DNA of 64,000 nucleotides from an uncultured bacterium (GTDB lineage Bacteria; Babelota; Babeliae; Babelales; Babelaceae), in assembly GCA_963722385.1 (NCBI GenBank), contig CAVRKK010000002.1, positions 320,001-384,000 on the forward strand, in the 5' to 3' direction. Shown here one piece after another: positions 51,883 to 62,663 of this stretch; within the stretch, counting starts at the first letter, position 1, and each line of letters begins with the position of its first letter. Below the pieces are notes generated by a model, which saw only the letters and a program-made list of their open reading frames with translations, made no database searches and was not told where the DNA came from. A program made the position numbers and the translations under genes.

Positions 51883-53334
51883 TTAGACAAATGCTTGACC
51901 GCACGTATCATCCGAGCACCATATTAGATCGTTATCGTTCGTTAACCGCATCAGTATAAAATCAGTATCCGCTAAACGCTTGGCATAACCGCCGATAATA
52001 ATTTTGCCATCGCTTTGTAAAGCAATATCAGTGGGCACCGTTGAAAAATGACCCTCTTTGTTGAGCAGCATAACACCAGGAATCGCGCCATGGGGATTAA
52101 AAGAAGAATCGAGTTCACCTGTTGCTGTATAGCGAGCAATCACGCTTATTATGTCTTGACCCAAAAACACCATGGCCGCAGCAAGGATCTTTTCATCAGG
52201 CTGTACAACGATAGCTTCTACTTGAGCAGGCCCTTCAGGAAGTGCCGTTACGACCATGCCCGGATTTTTGCCGAGAGCATTGAATGACCTATCGCGCGTG
52301 CCATTGCCCAAATAGCGAGCAATAACAAGGGCTGGCTTGCCATTCTCAATCGTAGAACCTGCCACCATAATATTCTCACCTTGGAGCGCAAGGGAGCGTG
52401 CGCTATCGTGACTACTCGCAAACGAATCGATTAAAATTCCTGGTTGTGGACCTAATGGGTGAAAGCTGCTGTCTAATTGGCCATCAGGAAGATAGCGAGC
52501 AATAAAGAATTTTTGTGGCTCAGTAAAGGTCCCCGCGACAAGCAATTTACCATCGGCTTGTACAACAAGGCCACTCATGCGATAAACGGCTATGATTTTT
52601 GGCGTTGCCCACGCTAATAAGCGATTACGAGTAGGACTGAGATTTTTTGGCATTTGATCGCTGCTTGGTAGCGTAAAGCGATAAATCAAAGTCCCCTGCT
52701 TTGCAAATGACGCATCAAGAGATCCGTCGCTATTGTAGCATACCAATGCTAAATTGCCATCGCTCATGCCAGCAACATAGGTCTTATTATTTTTGACGGC
52801 AACCTTATAGGCTACCTCGTCATGACTGCCTAAAGGCGTAAGAACTATACCATTCTTATTAAACGAAGGGTCGAGCGTACCTTGAGGGGTAAGACGCAAT
52901 GCAAAAAAATGCGTTGTTGCATTTATATGAGCAGCACCCACACCAATAATTTTTTCTTGATCATCCATCGCAATGCCAAAGCCTTCGGCGCCATCAACAC
53001 CTGCTGTTGCTAAAAACAGCCCCGGCACCCGACCATGAGCATTAAAAGTTGTATCGAGAACACCATTTGGTTCATAACAAGCAATGCTCAACGCAGCAAC
53101 TGATTGCTCATGAGTAGTTCCTAAAACACATATCCTATTTGCTTGGTTAATACTGAGCGAGTGGGCAGTATTTTCAAAGCTATTAAAATTTGAAGTGACA
53201 ATACCTTGATTGCCAAATGTTATATCAAGTTCACCATCATCAGCATTTGCGCGAATTAAGTTATCAAATAAGCAGCCAAGCATTACAAAAGATACATACG
53301 ATATTTTTAGGCGATAGCCGAGCTTAATATTCAT
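51883..53334 (-). CDS. Delta-60-type repeat beta-propeller secreted protein
   Basis: Repeated G.LD.(T/S)F..G and VQ.DGK(I/L) motifs; signal-like N-terminus. Confidence 0.85.
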   Translation of the reverse strand: MNIKLGYRLKISYVSFVMLGCLFDNLIRANADDGELDITFGNQGIVTSNFNSFENTAHSLSINQANRICVLGTTHEQSVAALSIACYEPNGVLDTTFNAHGRVPGLFLATAGVDGAEGFGIAMDDQEKIIGVGAAHINATTHFFALRLTPQGTLDPSFNKNGIVLTPLGSHDEVAYKVAVKNNKTYVAGMSDGNLALVCYNSDGSLDASFAKQGTLIYRFTLPSSDQMPKNLSPTRNRLLAWATPKIIAVYRMSGLVVQADGKLLVAGTFTEPQKFFIARYLPDGQLDSSFHPLGPQPGILIDSFASSHDSARSLALQGENIMVAGSTIENGKPALVIARYLGNGTRDRSFNALGKNPGMVVTALPEGPAQVEAIVVQPDEKILAAAMVFLGQDIISVIARYTATGELDSSFNPHGAIPGVMLLNKEGHFSTVPTDIALQSDGKIIIGGYAKRLADTDFILMRLTNDNDLIWCSDDTCGQAFV

Positions 53335-53405
53335 TACTACCCTCGAAGCGTAGACAGTCCTTTACCTAGAGGATACCAAGATTTGGCAATGATACCAAGC
53401 ACAAG

Positions 53406-53443
53406 AAAAAACTGAATAACGCCAACACTGACGTTATTCAGTT
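53406..53443 (-). terminator. Intrinsic terminator (minus strand)
   Basis: AACTGAATAACG / CGTTATTCAGTT stem with an upstream A run. Confidence 0.65.
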
Positions 53444-53464
53444 CATTATAGATCAAAAAGCTTT

Positions 53465-53689
53465 CTAATCTTCTTCTTCCTCTTCTTCACAATAGCAGTG
53501 CTCATCTTCTTCTTCGCCTTCTTCCTGTTCTTCTTCTTCCTCTTCATTTTCTTCTTCATCTTCTTCGAGCAGCTCTAAAAGATAAAAGCGCAACTCATCA
53601 AGGCTTTCTTCAATATTACGTAGCGAGCTTACTGCTTGATAAAGCAGTTTAAGACCTTCATGGTCATGCTTGTGGTGATGATGGCACAT
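53465..53689 (-). CDS. Small His-rich / Glu-rich protein
   Basis: AGGAG RBS before MCHHHHKHDH; poly-Glu tail with HCYC; own terminator. Confidence 0.6.
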   Translation of the reverse strand: MCHHHHKHDHEGLKLLYQAVSSLRNIEESLDELRFYLLELLEEDEEENEEEEEEQEEGEEEDEHCYCEEEEEED

Positions 53690-54148
53690 GGTCGTCTCCT
53701 TTTTATAAATACTATTATAAATCTGACTGTAATAAAGATAGCAATACTTTAATTCAAAATGCAATAATTATGAAAATTATGTAAATATGCACGATGGCAA
53801 GGCGATTTTCGCTATACTGCAATATTGCTTATGCGATAAACCCACGAGATTAAAAAATTGCTGCCCGCTTTTTTCTTCAAAGCATTGTGATTGAGCTCGT
53901 TTTTAGCAATGTTTAATCAACATTAATAATGCAAGAAAAAAAATATTTTTTTCACGACTATGTTCAAACGTTATTTAAATACTTGAACAAAACCAAAGAA
54001 TGTCTATACTAAAAATATAATTATTAGAAGATGTAATAAAAAAAACAATTTATTGGACTGTTATTTATTTTCTAGAAAGGTATCAAGCAAACAATTCATT
54101 ATCTATTTAAATTTCTATTTAATATACATAGCCAACAAGTGAGAATTT

Positions 54149-54868
54149 ATGAATATTCTTAAAAAATCAATCGCTGTATTCTTCGCTGCTGTATGCGTAA
54201 CCAATCTTTCTGCTAAAAATAAAAATTTTGATGCAGAGAACAAAATAAGTGAGCTTGCTGAATCATCCATCGTCAAAATGCCACGCAAGACACATACACG
54301 GCGCGTTTTGCATGAAATAAGCAGAACACAAAGGAAAACACGGAAAGCAATGAAGCGTTATTTGTCTGCTGCTTCTGGTTACGGCATTAACCATGCGAGA
54401 ACCAAGCGTGCTCAGCATGCTGTTGATGAGACAGCCACTGATTACTGCGAATTGCTTCGTGACATCAGTGAGCGTGTTGAAGAAGGCTCAATGTCATTGC
54501 CATCATTCAAAAGCATTCATGGCATCGAGCTCGTCGCCTTAAAAGGCATGGCACCAAGTAAGCTATGGCCTACGTTAGGTGGTGCCGGACTCGGTTTCCT
54601 TGGGGGCGCAGGACTTGGCGCGGCTTTCAAATATTTCTTCGTGCCAACACTGGTTCCCTTTAATATAACGGCTTTACCTGTCTATGCTACTTATGCACTT
54701 ACCGCAGGCGTTGCTGGTGCTGTTTTGGGTGGTATTTGCGGTCTTGTCGGCGCTTGCATTGGTCGAGCATCAGTTGATGAAGAATCACTTGAACAAGCAG
54801 AAGAATATCTTGAAGCAGTCACCGAAAAAATCACGGCTGCTGAAAATGCTATTACAGCATATCTCTAA
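54149..54868 (+). CDS. Signal-peptide protein with glycine-zipper hydrophobic hairpin
   Basis: Signal-like N-terminus; GGAGLGFLGGAGLG and GVAGAVLGGICGLVG segments. Confidence 0.75.
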   Translation: MNILKKSIAVFFAAVCVTNLSAKNKNFDAENKISELAESSIVKMPRKTHTRRVLHEISRTQRKTRKAMKRYLSAASGYGINHARTKRAQHAVDETATDYCELLRDISERVEEGSMSLPSFKSIHGIELVALKGMAPSKLWPTLGGAGLGFLGGAGLGAAFKYFFVPTLVPFNITALPVYATYALTAGVAGAVLGGICGLVGACIGRASVDEESLEQAEEYLEAVTEKITAAENAITAYL

Positions 54869-54876
54869 ATCTAATT

Positions 54877-54901
54877 GCTGGAAGGGCTCTGCCCTTCCAG
54901 C
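54877..54901. terminator. Hairpin between convergent genes
   Basis: GCTGGAAGGGC-TCT-GCCCTTCCAGC. Confidence 0.6.
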
Positions 54902-54942
54902 CCCTTTGCTAAGATCTCTTCTTGAAATTATACAAGAAATTT

Positions 54943-57900
54943 TTATAACTCTTGCCCTACCGCTATCGTTTCCATTTCCGGCGAGTAATTAACACTGCCT
55001 ATACCATGATGGCGAGCGAAATATTTCCAGGCAAAATAAGCGGCTATGCCAATTACCACAGCACCAGTCAGAGCACCAACGCCAGCGATAATAGGCCCTA
55101 CAATGATACCAATGTTTGTAGAGCTACCACTGCCATCACCCGAATATCCTCCTGTGCTACTTGCTCCAAAAATTTGGGAAATTGATACATCGTCAGAATA
55201 AAAGTTAGCAGTAGCAAGGAGAGAATTACCTGTATCAGATAAAATAGGAGAAAAAGCTATTGATACACAGTATGTTGAATTTCCTGGCAATATATGTGTT
55301 GTTCGATTGCCTAAAATGGCGTCTTTTGAAAACTCAATAAGAGCAACGGTATCAGAACCGCTATTGCTTGCAGCAAGGAAAGAACCATCGGCTGACAGGC
55401 CTATAGATCCTGGCTGGGCATTGCCTTGGGCAATTTGGCGTGATTGCCCTTCTGATAAAGCGCCATTTATAATCGCAAAAAGAGTAATATCATCAGAACC
55501 ACTGTTTGCAGCAACAACAACGGTGTTTCCATTATTATCTACGAAAGAAACAACTGAACTAGGAACTGATGATCCTTTTGGTATTGGCTTCGACATACTA
55601 TTGCTCAGTACACCATTTGTTAATTCAAAAAGTGTTATATCATATGATTTGGCATTGGCCGTAACGAGGTAGCTATTGTCTGGCGTGAAGGTTAACGCTA
55701 CGGGCTGAGTCGAGTTAGCTTGGTAAGCGGTATGAAAGAGGGTTATTGAGAGCCCCTGCTATAAAGTTAAAAAGAGTAACATCATTTGAGCCGCTGTTAG
55801 CTGTCGCAAGGTAGCTATCATCTGAAGAAAAGGCAACGGCATGAGGGTTTATAGAGCTACTTGGTAAAGGATAAGAGGTCGCTCCTTGTAGTTGGCCTAT
55901 TGATACTTTAAAAAGAGTAACATCACTTGAGTTGCTGTTTGCCGTTGCAAGATAAGTACTGTTTGATGAAAATGTAATTCCTACAGGACCAAGTGAACCT
56001 ACTGGCAGCGGATAGGACACACCAGGAAATAAAGGTGCTGTAAAATTGCCTGTGTTTACTTGAAAAAGCGTTGCGTCATTTGAGTTATAGTTTGCTGTTG
56101 CTAAGTACTGTTCATTGTCCGAAAATGCTATTGCTGCTGGATTTTGGGATTCTGGAGGTAATGGTACAGATACGAGTGAAGTTGAAAAGGTGCCACAATT
56201 AAATATCGTTACTATATACGGATTATTATTGTTGGCAGTAGCAAGATATAAGCTGTTTGGCGAAAATGCTACCGAAGCAGGACAACTATAGCCGCCAGGA
56301 AAGCATAGGAAGCTGGTCTTGTTAGAACACCTCCTGCCGCTACATTAAAAAGTGTTACTGAGAAGAGTTTTCATTAGCAATGGCAAGATGTAACCCGTCA
56401 GGTGAAAAGGCTACCGATTGAGGGTTGCTAAAACCGCTTGGTAACGCATATGACACTGCTCCCGACAACACTCCTCCTACTCCAATCTGGAATATTGTTA
56501 CATCATTTGAGAATATATTAGCGATAGCAAGATATAACCATCAGGCGAAAAGGCTACTGAGTATGGAGAACTAGAGCCGCTGGTAATGCATATGATATTG
56601 CTCCCGATAATACGCCCCCTGCTCCCAACCTGGAATAGTGTTACATCATTTGAGCCGTTATTAGCGGTGGCAAGATAGGACCCATCTGGTGAGAATGCTA
56701 CTGAGATAGCGATCGTCTGAACTGGAAGGCAATGCATAAGTTACAGCTCCCGATAATATTCCTCCTGCATCCTACTTGAAACATTGTTACGTCATTTGTG
56801 CCTGGGGTGGCAATAGCAAGATATAAACCATTGGGAGAAAATGCTACTGAAGCATGGGCTCGAACTAGAGCCGCTCGGTAATGACATATGAGATTGCTTG
56901 CGATAATACTCCTCCTGATCCTACTTGAAATATTGTTACGTCGTTCGAGAATATAATTAGCAGTAGCAAGATACGATCCATTAGGTGAAAATGCTACTGA
57001 GAAAGGATGTGTAGAACCGAGGGTAATGCATACGAAGTCCATTCCTGATGATACTCCTCCAGCTCCTACCGTGAAATATAGTTATATCATTTGAATAGAA
57101 ATTAGCAGTAGCAAGATATGAGCCATTAGGTGAAAATGCTATTGATCGAGGATCGATAGGACCGTTCGGTAATGCATATGAAGTTGCTCCTGATAATGCT
57201 CCTCCTACACCTACCTGAAATACCGTTACATCATTTGAACCATTAGCGGTAGCAAGATAAGCCCCATCAGGTGAAAAAGCTACTGAATTAAGGGTATAAG
57301 AACCGCTTGGTAATGCATAAGAAGTTCCCTCTGATAGCACACCTCCGGCTCCTACTTGAAATACCGTTACATCATTCGACAAATTAGCGGTAGCAAGATA
57401 AGCCCCATCAGGTGAAAAAGCTACTGAATTAAGGGTATAAGAATCGCTTGGTAATGCGTATGATGTTCCCCCTGATAGCGCTCCTTCCGCTCCTACTTGA
57501 AATATCGTTACATTATCTGAACCATAATTAGCAGTAGCAAGATAGGATCCATCAGGTGAAAATGCTACTGATTGAGGGTAGAAAGAAACACTTGGTAATG
57601 CATAAGAAGTTCCCTCTGATAGCACACCTCCTACACCTACCTGAAACAATGTTACATCACTAGAGTTATAATTACCTGTAGCAAGATATGATCCATTAGG
57701 TGAAAACGCTATTGAAGTAGGATTAATAGAGCCGCTCGGCATGACATATGAGATTGCTTGCGATAATACTCCTCCTGATCCAATTTGAAATATTGTTACG
57801 TCGTTCGAGTTACAATTAGCAGTAGCAAGATACGATCCATTAGGTGAAAACGCTACTGAGAAAGGATTGATAGAACCGCTTGGTAATGCATACGAAACCG

Positions 57901-58276
57901 CTCCCGATAATACTCCTCCTGATCCAATCTGAAATATAGTTATATCATTTGAATAGAAATTAGCAGTAGCAAGATATGAGCCATTAGGTGAAAACGCTAC
58001 TGACTCAGGACCACTAGAACCAAGGGGTAACGTATATGAATTTTGGCTACTTAGCACACCTCCACTTCCTATCGTAAAGAATGTTATACTAGCTGAGCCA
58101 CTGTTAGCTGTTGCTATGTAAGATCCATCAGGGGAAAATGCTACTGAAATTGGATTTAATTGAGCAAGTGAAGCATAACTTGTGCCTGTAAGCCTGCAGA
58201 GAGCAGATACCTTAGCAGCGACTAAAAAGAAAACCGCTAACAAAAAAAAGAGGTATTTATTGTAATACAGAGCCAT
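54943..58276 (-). pseudogene. Multiply frameshifted paralogue of the 33003 beta-propeller
   Basis: ORF pieces 56981-58276, 56698-57042, 56498-56737, 55715-56020 and 54943-55596 are colinear with 33003..36278 from CRLTGTSYAS to the TM anchor. Confidence 0.88.
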
Positions 58277-58567
58277 CTCATTTCTCCCTTTGAATTTTTA
58301 AACGATTCTATTTTACAAAGGATTTTAGTCAAAGTCAATTTGAGCAAATAAGCTTTTTCCCCAATTAGATGATTGTCAAAAATCCATCGCCTTCAGGCCG
58401 AAAGTGATGATACGACAATACCGAATAGGACCTTATACAAAAAACTTGGTACAGAATAGCTCAGCAATAATTCACAATGCACTTACCAAGAATTTGCGTT
58501 GACAAAAATGACGGCCCGGCCGTAAGCTATCTTTATTTACAATTACTTTTATCAACATAGGCATATC

Positions 58568-59947
58568 GTGAATACACCACAGTGGACATTGTTGCTTTTT
58601 GGCATGACGGGCGACCTGAGTAGGCACAAAATCATTCCAGCCTTGTATGGGCTTATTCGAAAAAATGCTCCTATTGGGCTTATTATCGGCACGGGCCGCG
58701 AGGAGGTTTCGGTTGCCGAGATACTGGAGCCCGCGCGCGCGTTTATCGATAATTTTGATGAAAATACTTGGCGACAATTTGTTGAGCTTATACGATATCA
58801 GCCCTTAAGCGCGGACAAGAGTGCTGACTATGATGCCCTTGCAAAGCTTTGTAACGATGAGCAACAAAAGCGAGGCTTAACCAATAGCCCTCGCTTGGTC
58901 TACTTAGCAGTACCGGCTGACTTTTTTTGTACTATTACCGAAAATCTTGTAAAGGCCAACGTAATACTTCCTCACCATCCTGAGCACCGCATCGCGTATG
59001 AAAAGCCTTTTGGCTGGAGCTTGGCATCTGCTATGAGCATTAACCAATGCGTTAAAAAATTTCTTGCCGAAACGCAGGTTTTTCGCATAGATCATTATTT
59101 AGCTAAAGACTTTGTCAGCAATCTCTTGCTCACCCGCTACTCAAATACACTCTTTAAAGCTGTCTGGAATAATACCTATCTTGAGGCGGTCAAGATATTC
59201 TTTGACGAAACAGGCGGCGTTGAAGGCCGGGGTGGCTTTTATGACCATTATGGTGCTCTCCGTGACGTTATGCAAAATCATGTCTTACAAATTTTAGCCA
59301 TGGTAACGATGGACAGCCCGACATCACTTGATAGCGAAGCAATTCGTGACAAAAAAGCTGAAATTCTCCATGCGGTACGCATCGTTAACGGCGTGCTTGG
59401 CCAATATGAAGGCTATCTGGATGAGCCTGGTGTCAAACCAGCATCACAAACCGAAACGTATGCGGCACTTAAGCTCTTTATCGATCACCCACGATGGTAT
59501 GGTGTACCATTTTACCTTGAGACCGGAAAAAAAATGGCACGTAAAACAACAGAAGTCCAGCTTATTCTAAAGCCTGTTGATCATTGTCCGTGGAGTGACG
59601 ATGGCATATGTACCGCTAACATGCTCACCATACGCATTAATCCCCAGGAAGGGATTTCATTGCAGGTTAATACAAAAAAGCCAGGGTCAACACACCACAC
59701 AACAACGGTCAATCTTAATTTTACGTATGCAGCAACCTTTGGTCCGATAAGCTCACAAGCATATGAAGTAATACTCCAAGAAATAATCACGGGGCAGCAA
59801 TACTCAGCGGTACGCTTTGACGAAATCGAGTATCAATGGGACATTATTGAAAAAGCATATGCTCTCAACCTCCCTGTCTGCACCTATCCTGTAGGTTCTC
59901 TTGGCCCACAACAGGGCCAGGCGCTTATGAACGAAAGGAGCGCATAA
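58568..59947 (+). CDS. zwf: Glucose-6-phosphate 1-dehydrogenase
   Basis: FGMTGDL, EKPFG, FRIDHYLAK, GALRDVMQNH, TETYAA. Confidence 0.97.
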   Translation: MNTPQWTLLLFGMTGDLSRHKIIPALYGLIRKNAPIGLIIGTGREEVSVAEILEPARAFIDNFDENTWRQFVELIRYQPLSADKSADYDALAKLCNDEQQKRGLTNSPRLVYLAVPADFFCTITENLVKANVILPHHPEHRIAYEKPFGWSLASAMSINQCVKKFLAETQVFRIDHYLAKDFVSNLLLTRYSNTLFKAVWNNTYLEAVKIFFDETGGVEGRGGFYDHYGALRDVMQNHVLQILAMVTMDSPTSLDSEAIRDKKAEILHAVRIVNGVLGQYEGYLDEPGVKPASQTETYAALKLFIDHPRWYGVPFYLETGKKMARKTTEVQLILKPVDHCPWSDDGICTANMLTIRINPQEGISLQVNTKKPGSTHHTTTVNLNFTYAATFGPISSQAYEVILQEIITGQQYSAVRFDEIEYQWDIIEKAYALNLPVCTYPVGSLGPQQGQALMNERSA

Positions 59948-60915
59948 TGGTCGGCTTGATCGGTTTAGGTCGCATGGGTCAATCTATAGCGGCGCGCCTT
60001 CTTTACGGAGGTTTTGACGTCATTGGTTACGATAAGTATCCCCCACAAGAACTCGATACCAACATACCGGGCGAATCTCGCAGCAAGCAGGCCCATTTTA
60101 TTCAAGCTACGAGCATCGAAGAGCTTGCCCATAAGGCCACGCTCATATGGCTTATGGTACCTGCAGGCAAGCCAGTCGACGATGTCATTCAAGAAATACA
60201 TCCGCATATCGTGCAGAAAGATAAAGAGCAGCGAGCGGTAATTGTTGACGGCGGGAACAGCTTTTTTAAGGATTCGCTTCGCCGCTTTGCATTTTTAAAG
60301 CAACAGGGCATTGAATTTGTTGATTGCGGCACATCGGGCGGTCTTCATGGACGCATGCATGGGTTTTGCCTCATGGTTGGGGGCACCCACGAAAGCTACC
60401 TCAAGTGCGAGCCGGTGCTGCGCGCTCTTGCAGCCAAGAATGGGCATGCGCATGTTGGGCCCGCAGGAGCTGGCCATTACGTGAAGATGGTACATAATGG
60501 CATTGAATATGCCTTACTCCAGGCCTACGCGGAAGGCTTTCAGATTTTGAAAGAAGGACATTACAAAAATCTCGATTTAGCAAATATAGCCGATCTGTGG
60601 AATCATGGGAGTATTATCAGGTCATGGATATTAACATTGACAGAAGAAATCTTTCAGCAGAATCAGGAACTTGAACATGTTGTTGGCACCATTCAGGAAA
60701 GCGGAACCGGCTTATGGACCGTCGAGGAGGCCAAAGAGCAGGCAATTCCCGTTCCGGTTATTGAACAAGCGCTGCACATTAGAGCCGAATCACGAAGAAC
60801 GGGCGGCACGTATGCAACCAAATTAGTATCGCTGTTACGCCAAGCGTTTGGTGGTCACGCGGTAACTTTTGTTTCAGACAAGATGCAAGCCACGAGGAAA
60901 CCAGATAACGAGTAG
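59947..60915 (+). CDS. gnd: 6-phosphogluconate dehydrogenase, decarboxylating (short type)
   Basis: GLGRMG, MVPAG, DGGNS, GTSGG, GHYVKMVHNGIEY, LRQAFGGH. Confidence 0.96.
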   Translation: MVGLIGLGRMGQSIAARLLYGGFDVIGYDKYPPQELDTNIPGESRSKQAHFIQATSIEELAHKATLIWLMVPAGKPVDDVIQEIHPHIVQKDKEQRAVIVDGGNSFFKDSLRRFAFLKQQGIEFVDCGTSGGLHGRMHGFCLMVGGTHESYLKCEPVLRALAAKNGHAHVGPAGAGHYVKMVHNGIEYALLQAYAEGFQILKEGHYKNLDLANIADLWNHGSIIRSWILTLTEEIFQQNQELEHVVGTIQESGTGLWTVEEAKEQAIPVPVIEQALHIRAESRRTGGTYATKLVSLLRQAFGGHAVTFVSDKMQATRKPDNE

Positions 60916-60919
60916 CATT

Positions 60920-62062
60920 ATGCTGAACTTGAAAAAAACGGTACTTTTGCTCTGCTGGGCAAGCGCCTGGTTTGGGCTTAGTGAGTATGCCCAAGGAGTT
61001 CATGACAAAAAAAAGCTTACCTTGCTCATCTATATGGCAGATGATGAGCAAGCACATCCCTACATCGGATTTAGCTGGCGCCAACTTGAGCTTGAGGGAG
61101 CGCCCAAGCGCATGAACGTGTTGGTCTTTGCCGTCAGGCAAAAGGAAAATAAGTACGTTGCCTCGCCATACATACTGCAAGGGCATCAGCTCATTGAGGA
61201 CCAAAAGCGCGCAGCAACCGCGCTAACCGAAAAAGACATGCTCGCTCACGCGTTAGCATGGGCAAGAACATTCAGCGCTGAGCGATATGGCCTCATACTG
61301 TGGAGCCATTACTCGTCTCCTAGCTCGCAAGATAGTACGGCGGGTATACGACTCGGGCCACAGCGCTTTCTTGCAAGTAAAACCCTCGCCGAAGCCTTGA
61401 CCCTTCGCTCCCTTGATTTCATTGGACTTGATGCATGTTCAACGGCAACCGTTGAGCTTGCTTGTACGCTCAAGCCTTATACACGCTACCTCATCGCTGG
61501 TGGTCCCGGCCAACGGGAAGCCCATTGGCCTTATCACTGGCTGCTTAAGGTCTTTAAGGCGGGTGCAAAAGAAGTGCGCCCATGGGCGCGTTCGCTCGTA
61601 AAAGCATATTCTGCTTATTATAGCCCATTACTTGACGAGTACAGTCTAGCGCTTTTTGATATGGAGCTGCTTGAGCTATTACTTGAGAACATTAACCATA
61701 TCGGCTCCAACCTGTACGAGCTTTTAACAAGCACCTCGCGCAATAAAGCGCGACAAGCACTTGTGAAATCGATCAAAAGCGTATCTTGGAAAGGAAGTGC
61801 TTATGGTGACCTCGTAAATTGGTATAGGCAACTGCTTGCCAGTAATCTGGCGGGTACGTCGTTGCAGTCGCGAATTGCCCAGGGACTTGAGTTAGCCAAG
61901 CAGTTCATACTTGAATCAGCGCGACCTCCAGGGCTTTTTAAGCAAGGACTCGGTATATTTTTTGGCCAAGCACGTAATTACCAGGAATCATGTTCGCAGA
62001 GCGATAAGCGTTGGGAAAACTTTTTAAAGGCGTTAGATTATGATGAAAATTATCGACATTAG
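60920..62062 (+). CDS. Clostripain (C11)-related secreted protein
   Basis: Signal peptide; LLIYMADD, YGLILWSH, LDFIGLDACS; degenerate relative to the canonical W.HG. Confidence 0.7.
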   Translation: MLNLKKTVLLLCWASAWFGLSEYAQGVHDKKKLTLLIYMADDEQAHPYIGFSWRQLELEGAPKRMNVLVFAVRQKENKYVASPYILQGHQLIEDQKRAATALTEKDMLAHALAWARTFSAERYGLILWSHYSSPSSQDSTAGIRLGPQRFLASKTLAEALTLRSLDFIGLDACSTATVELACTLKPYTRYLIAGGPGQREAHWPYHWLLKVFKAGAKEVRPWARSLVKAYSAYYSPLLDEYSLALFDMELLELLLENINHIGSNLYELLTSTSRNKARQALVKSIKSVSWKGSAYGDLVNWYRQLLASNLAGTSLQSRIAQGLELAKQFILESARPPGLFKQGLGIFFGQARNYQESCSQSDKRWENFLKALDYDENYRH

Positions 62063-62663
62063 TTGGCCGCTTATAAGCGGCATAACAACGTACAAAAATA
62101 AAGAGGACTTTGTTGCTTATCCTTTAAAAGAATGGCAAAAGGACGGCTTTAGGGAGTCGCGACTTGTATGCGGCGCTCATGTCGGCACCCACATTGATGC
62201 TCCTTCCCATTTTATTCAGGATGGCGTATCTATTGATAGCATTAGTCTGAACCAATTATGTGGCCCTTGCATTGTTCTTGATATGACGCAGGTCAAAGAC
62301 GCCATTACAGCGCAGGATCTTGAGAAGCATGAACTCAAGGCCCCGCGCGTGCTCTTTAAGACACGCAATAGCAAACTGGCACCCATAGACCCGTTTGATC
62401 CGGACTTTATTTATCTTGATGCGTCAGGCGCTGCCTATTTGCAAGCAAAGAAGATCGTGGCGGTGGGTATCGATTATTTGGGGATCGAGCGCCAACAGCA
62501 AGATCATCCTACGCATCGTTCACTTTTTAACGCAGGAATCGTCATTATTGAGGGACTTCGTTTGACTGATGTGGAACCGGGATTGTATACGCTTATCTGT
62601 TTACCCTTGGCGTTAGTTGGCGTTGAAGCAGCGCCCGCTCGCGCCGTGTTATTACCGGCGTAA
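62040..62663 (+). CDS. Cyclase-family metal-dependent hydrolase (kynurenine formamidase-like)
   Basis: HVGTHIDAPSH, VGIDYL, IIEGL, APARAVL. Confidence 0.92.
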   Translation: MMKIIDISWPLISGITTYKNKEDFVAYPLKEWQKDGFRESRLVCGAHVGTHIDAPSHFIQDGVSIDSISLNQLCGPCIVLDMTQVKDAITAQDLEKHELKAPRVLFKTRNSKLAPIDPFDPDFIYLDASGAAYLQAKKIVAVGIDYLGIERQQQDHPTHRSLFNAGIVIIEGLRLTDVEPGLYTLICLPLALVGVEAAPARAVLLPA

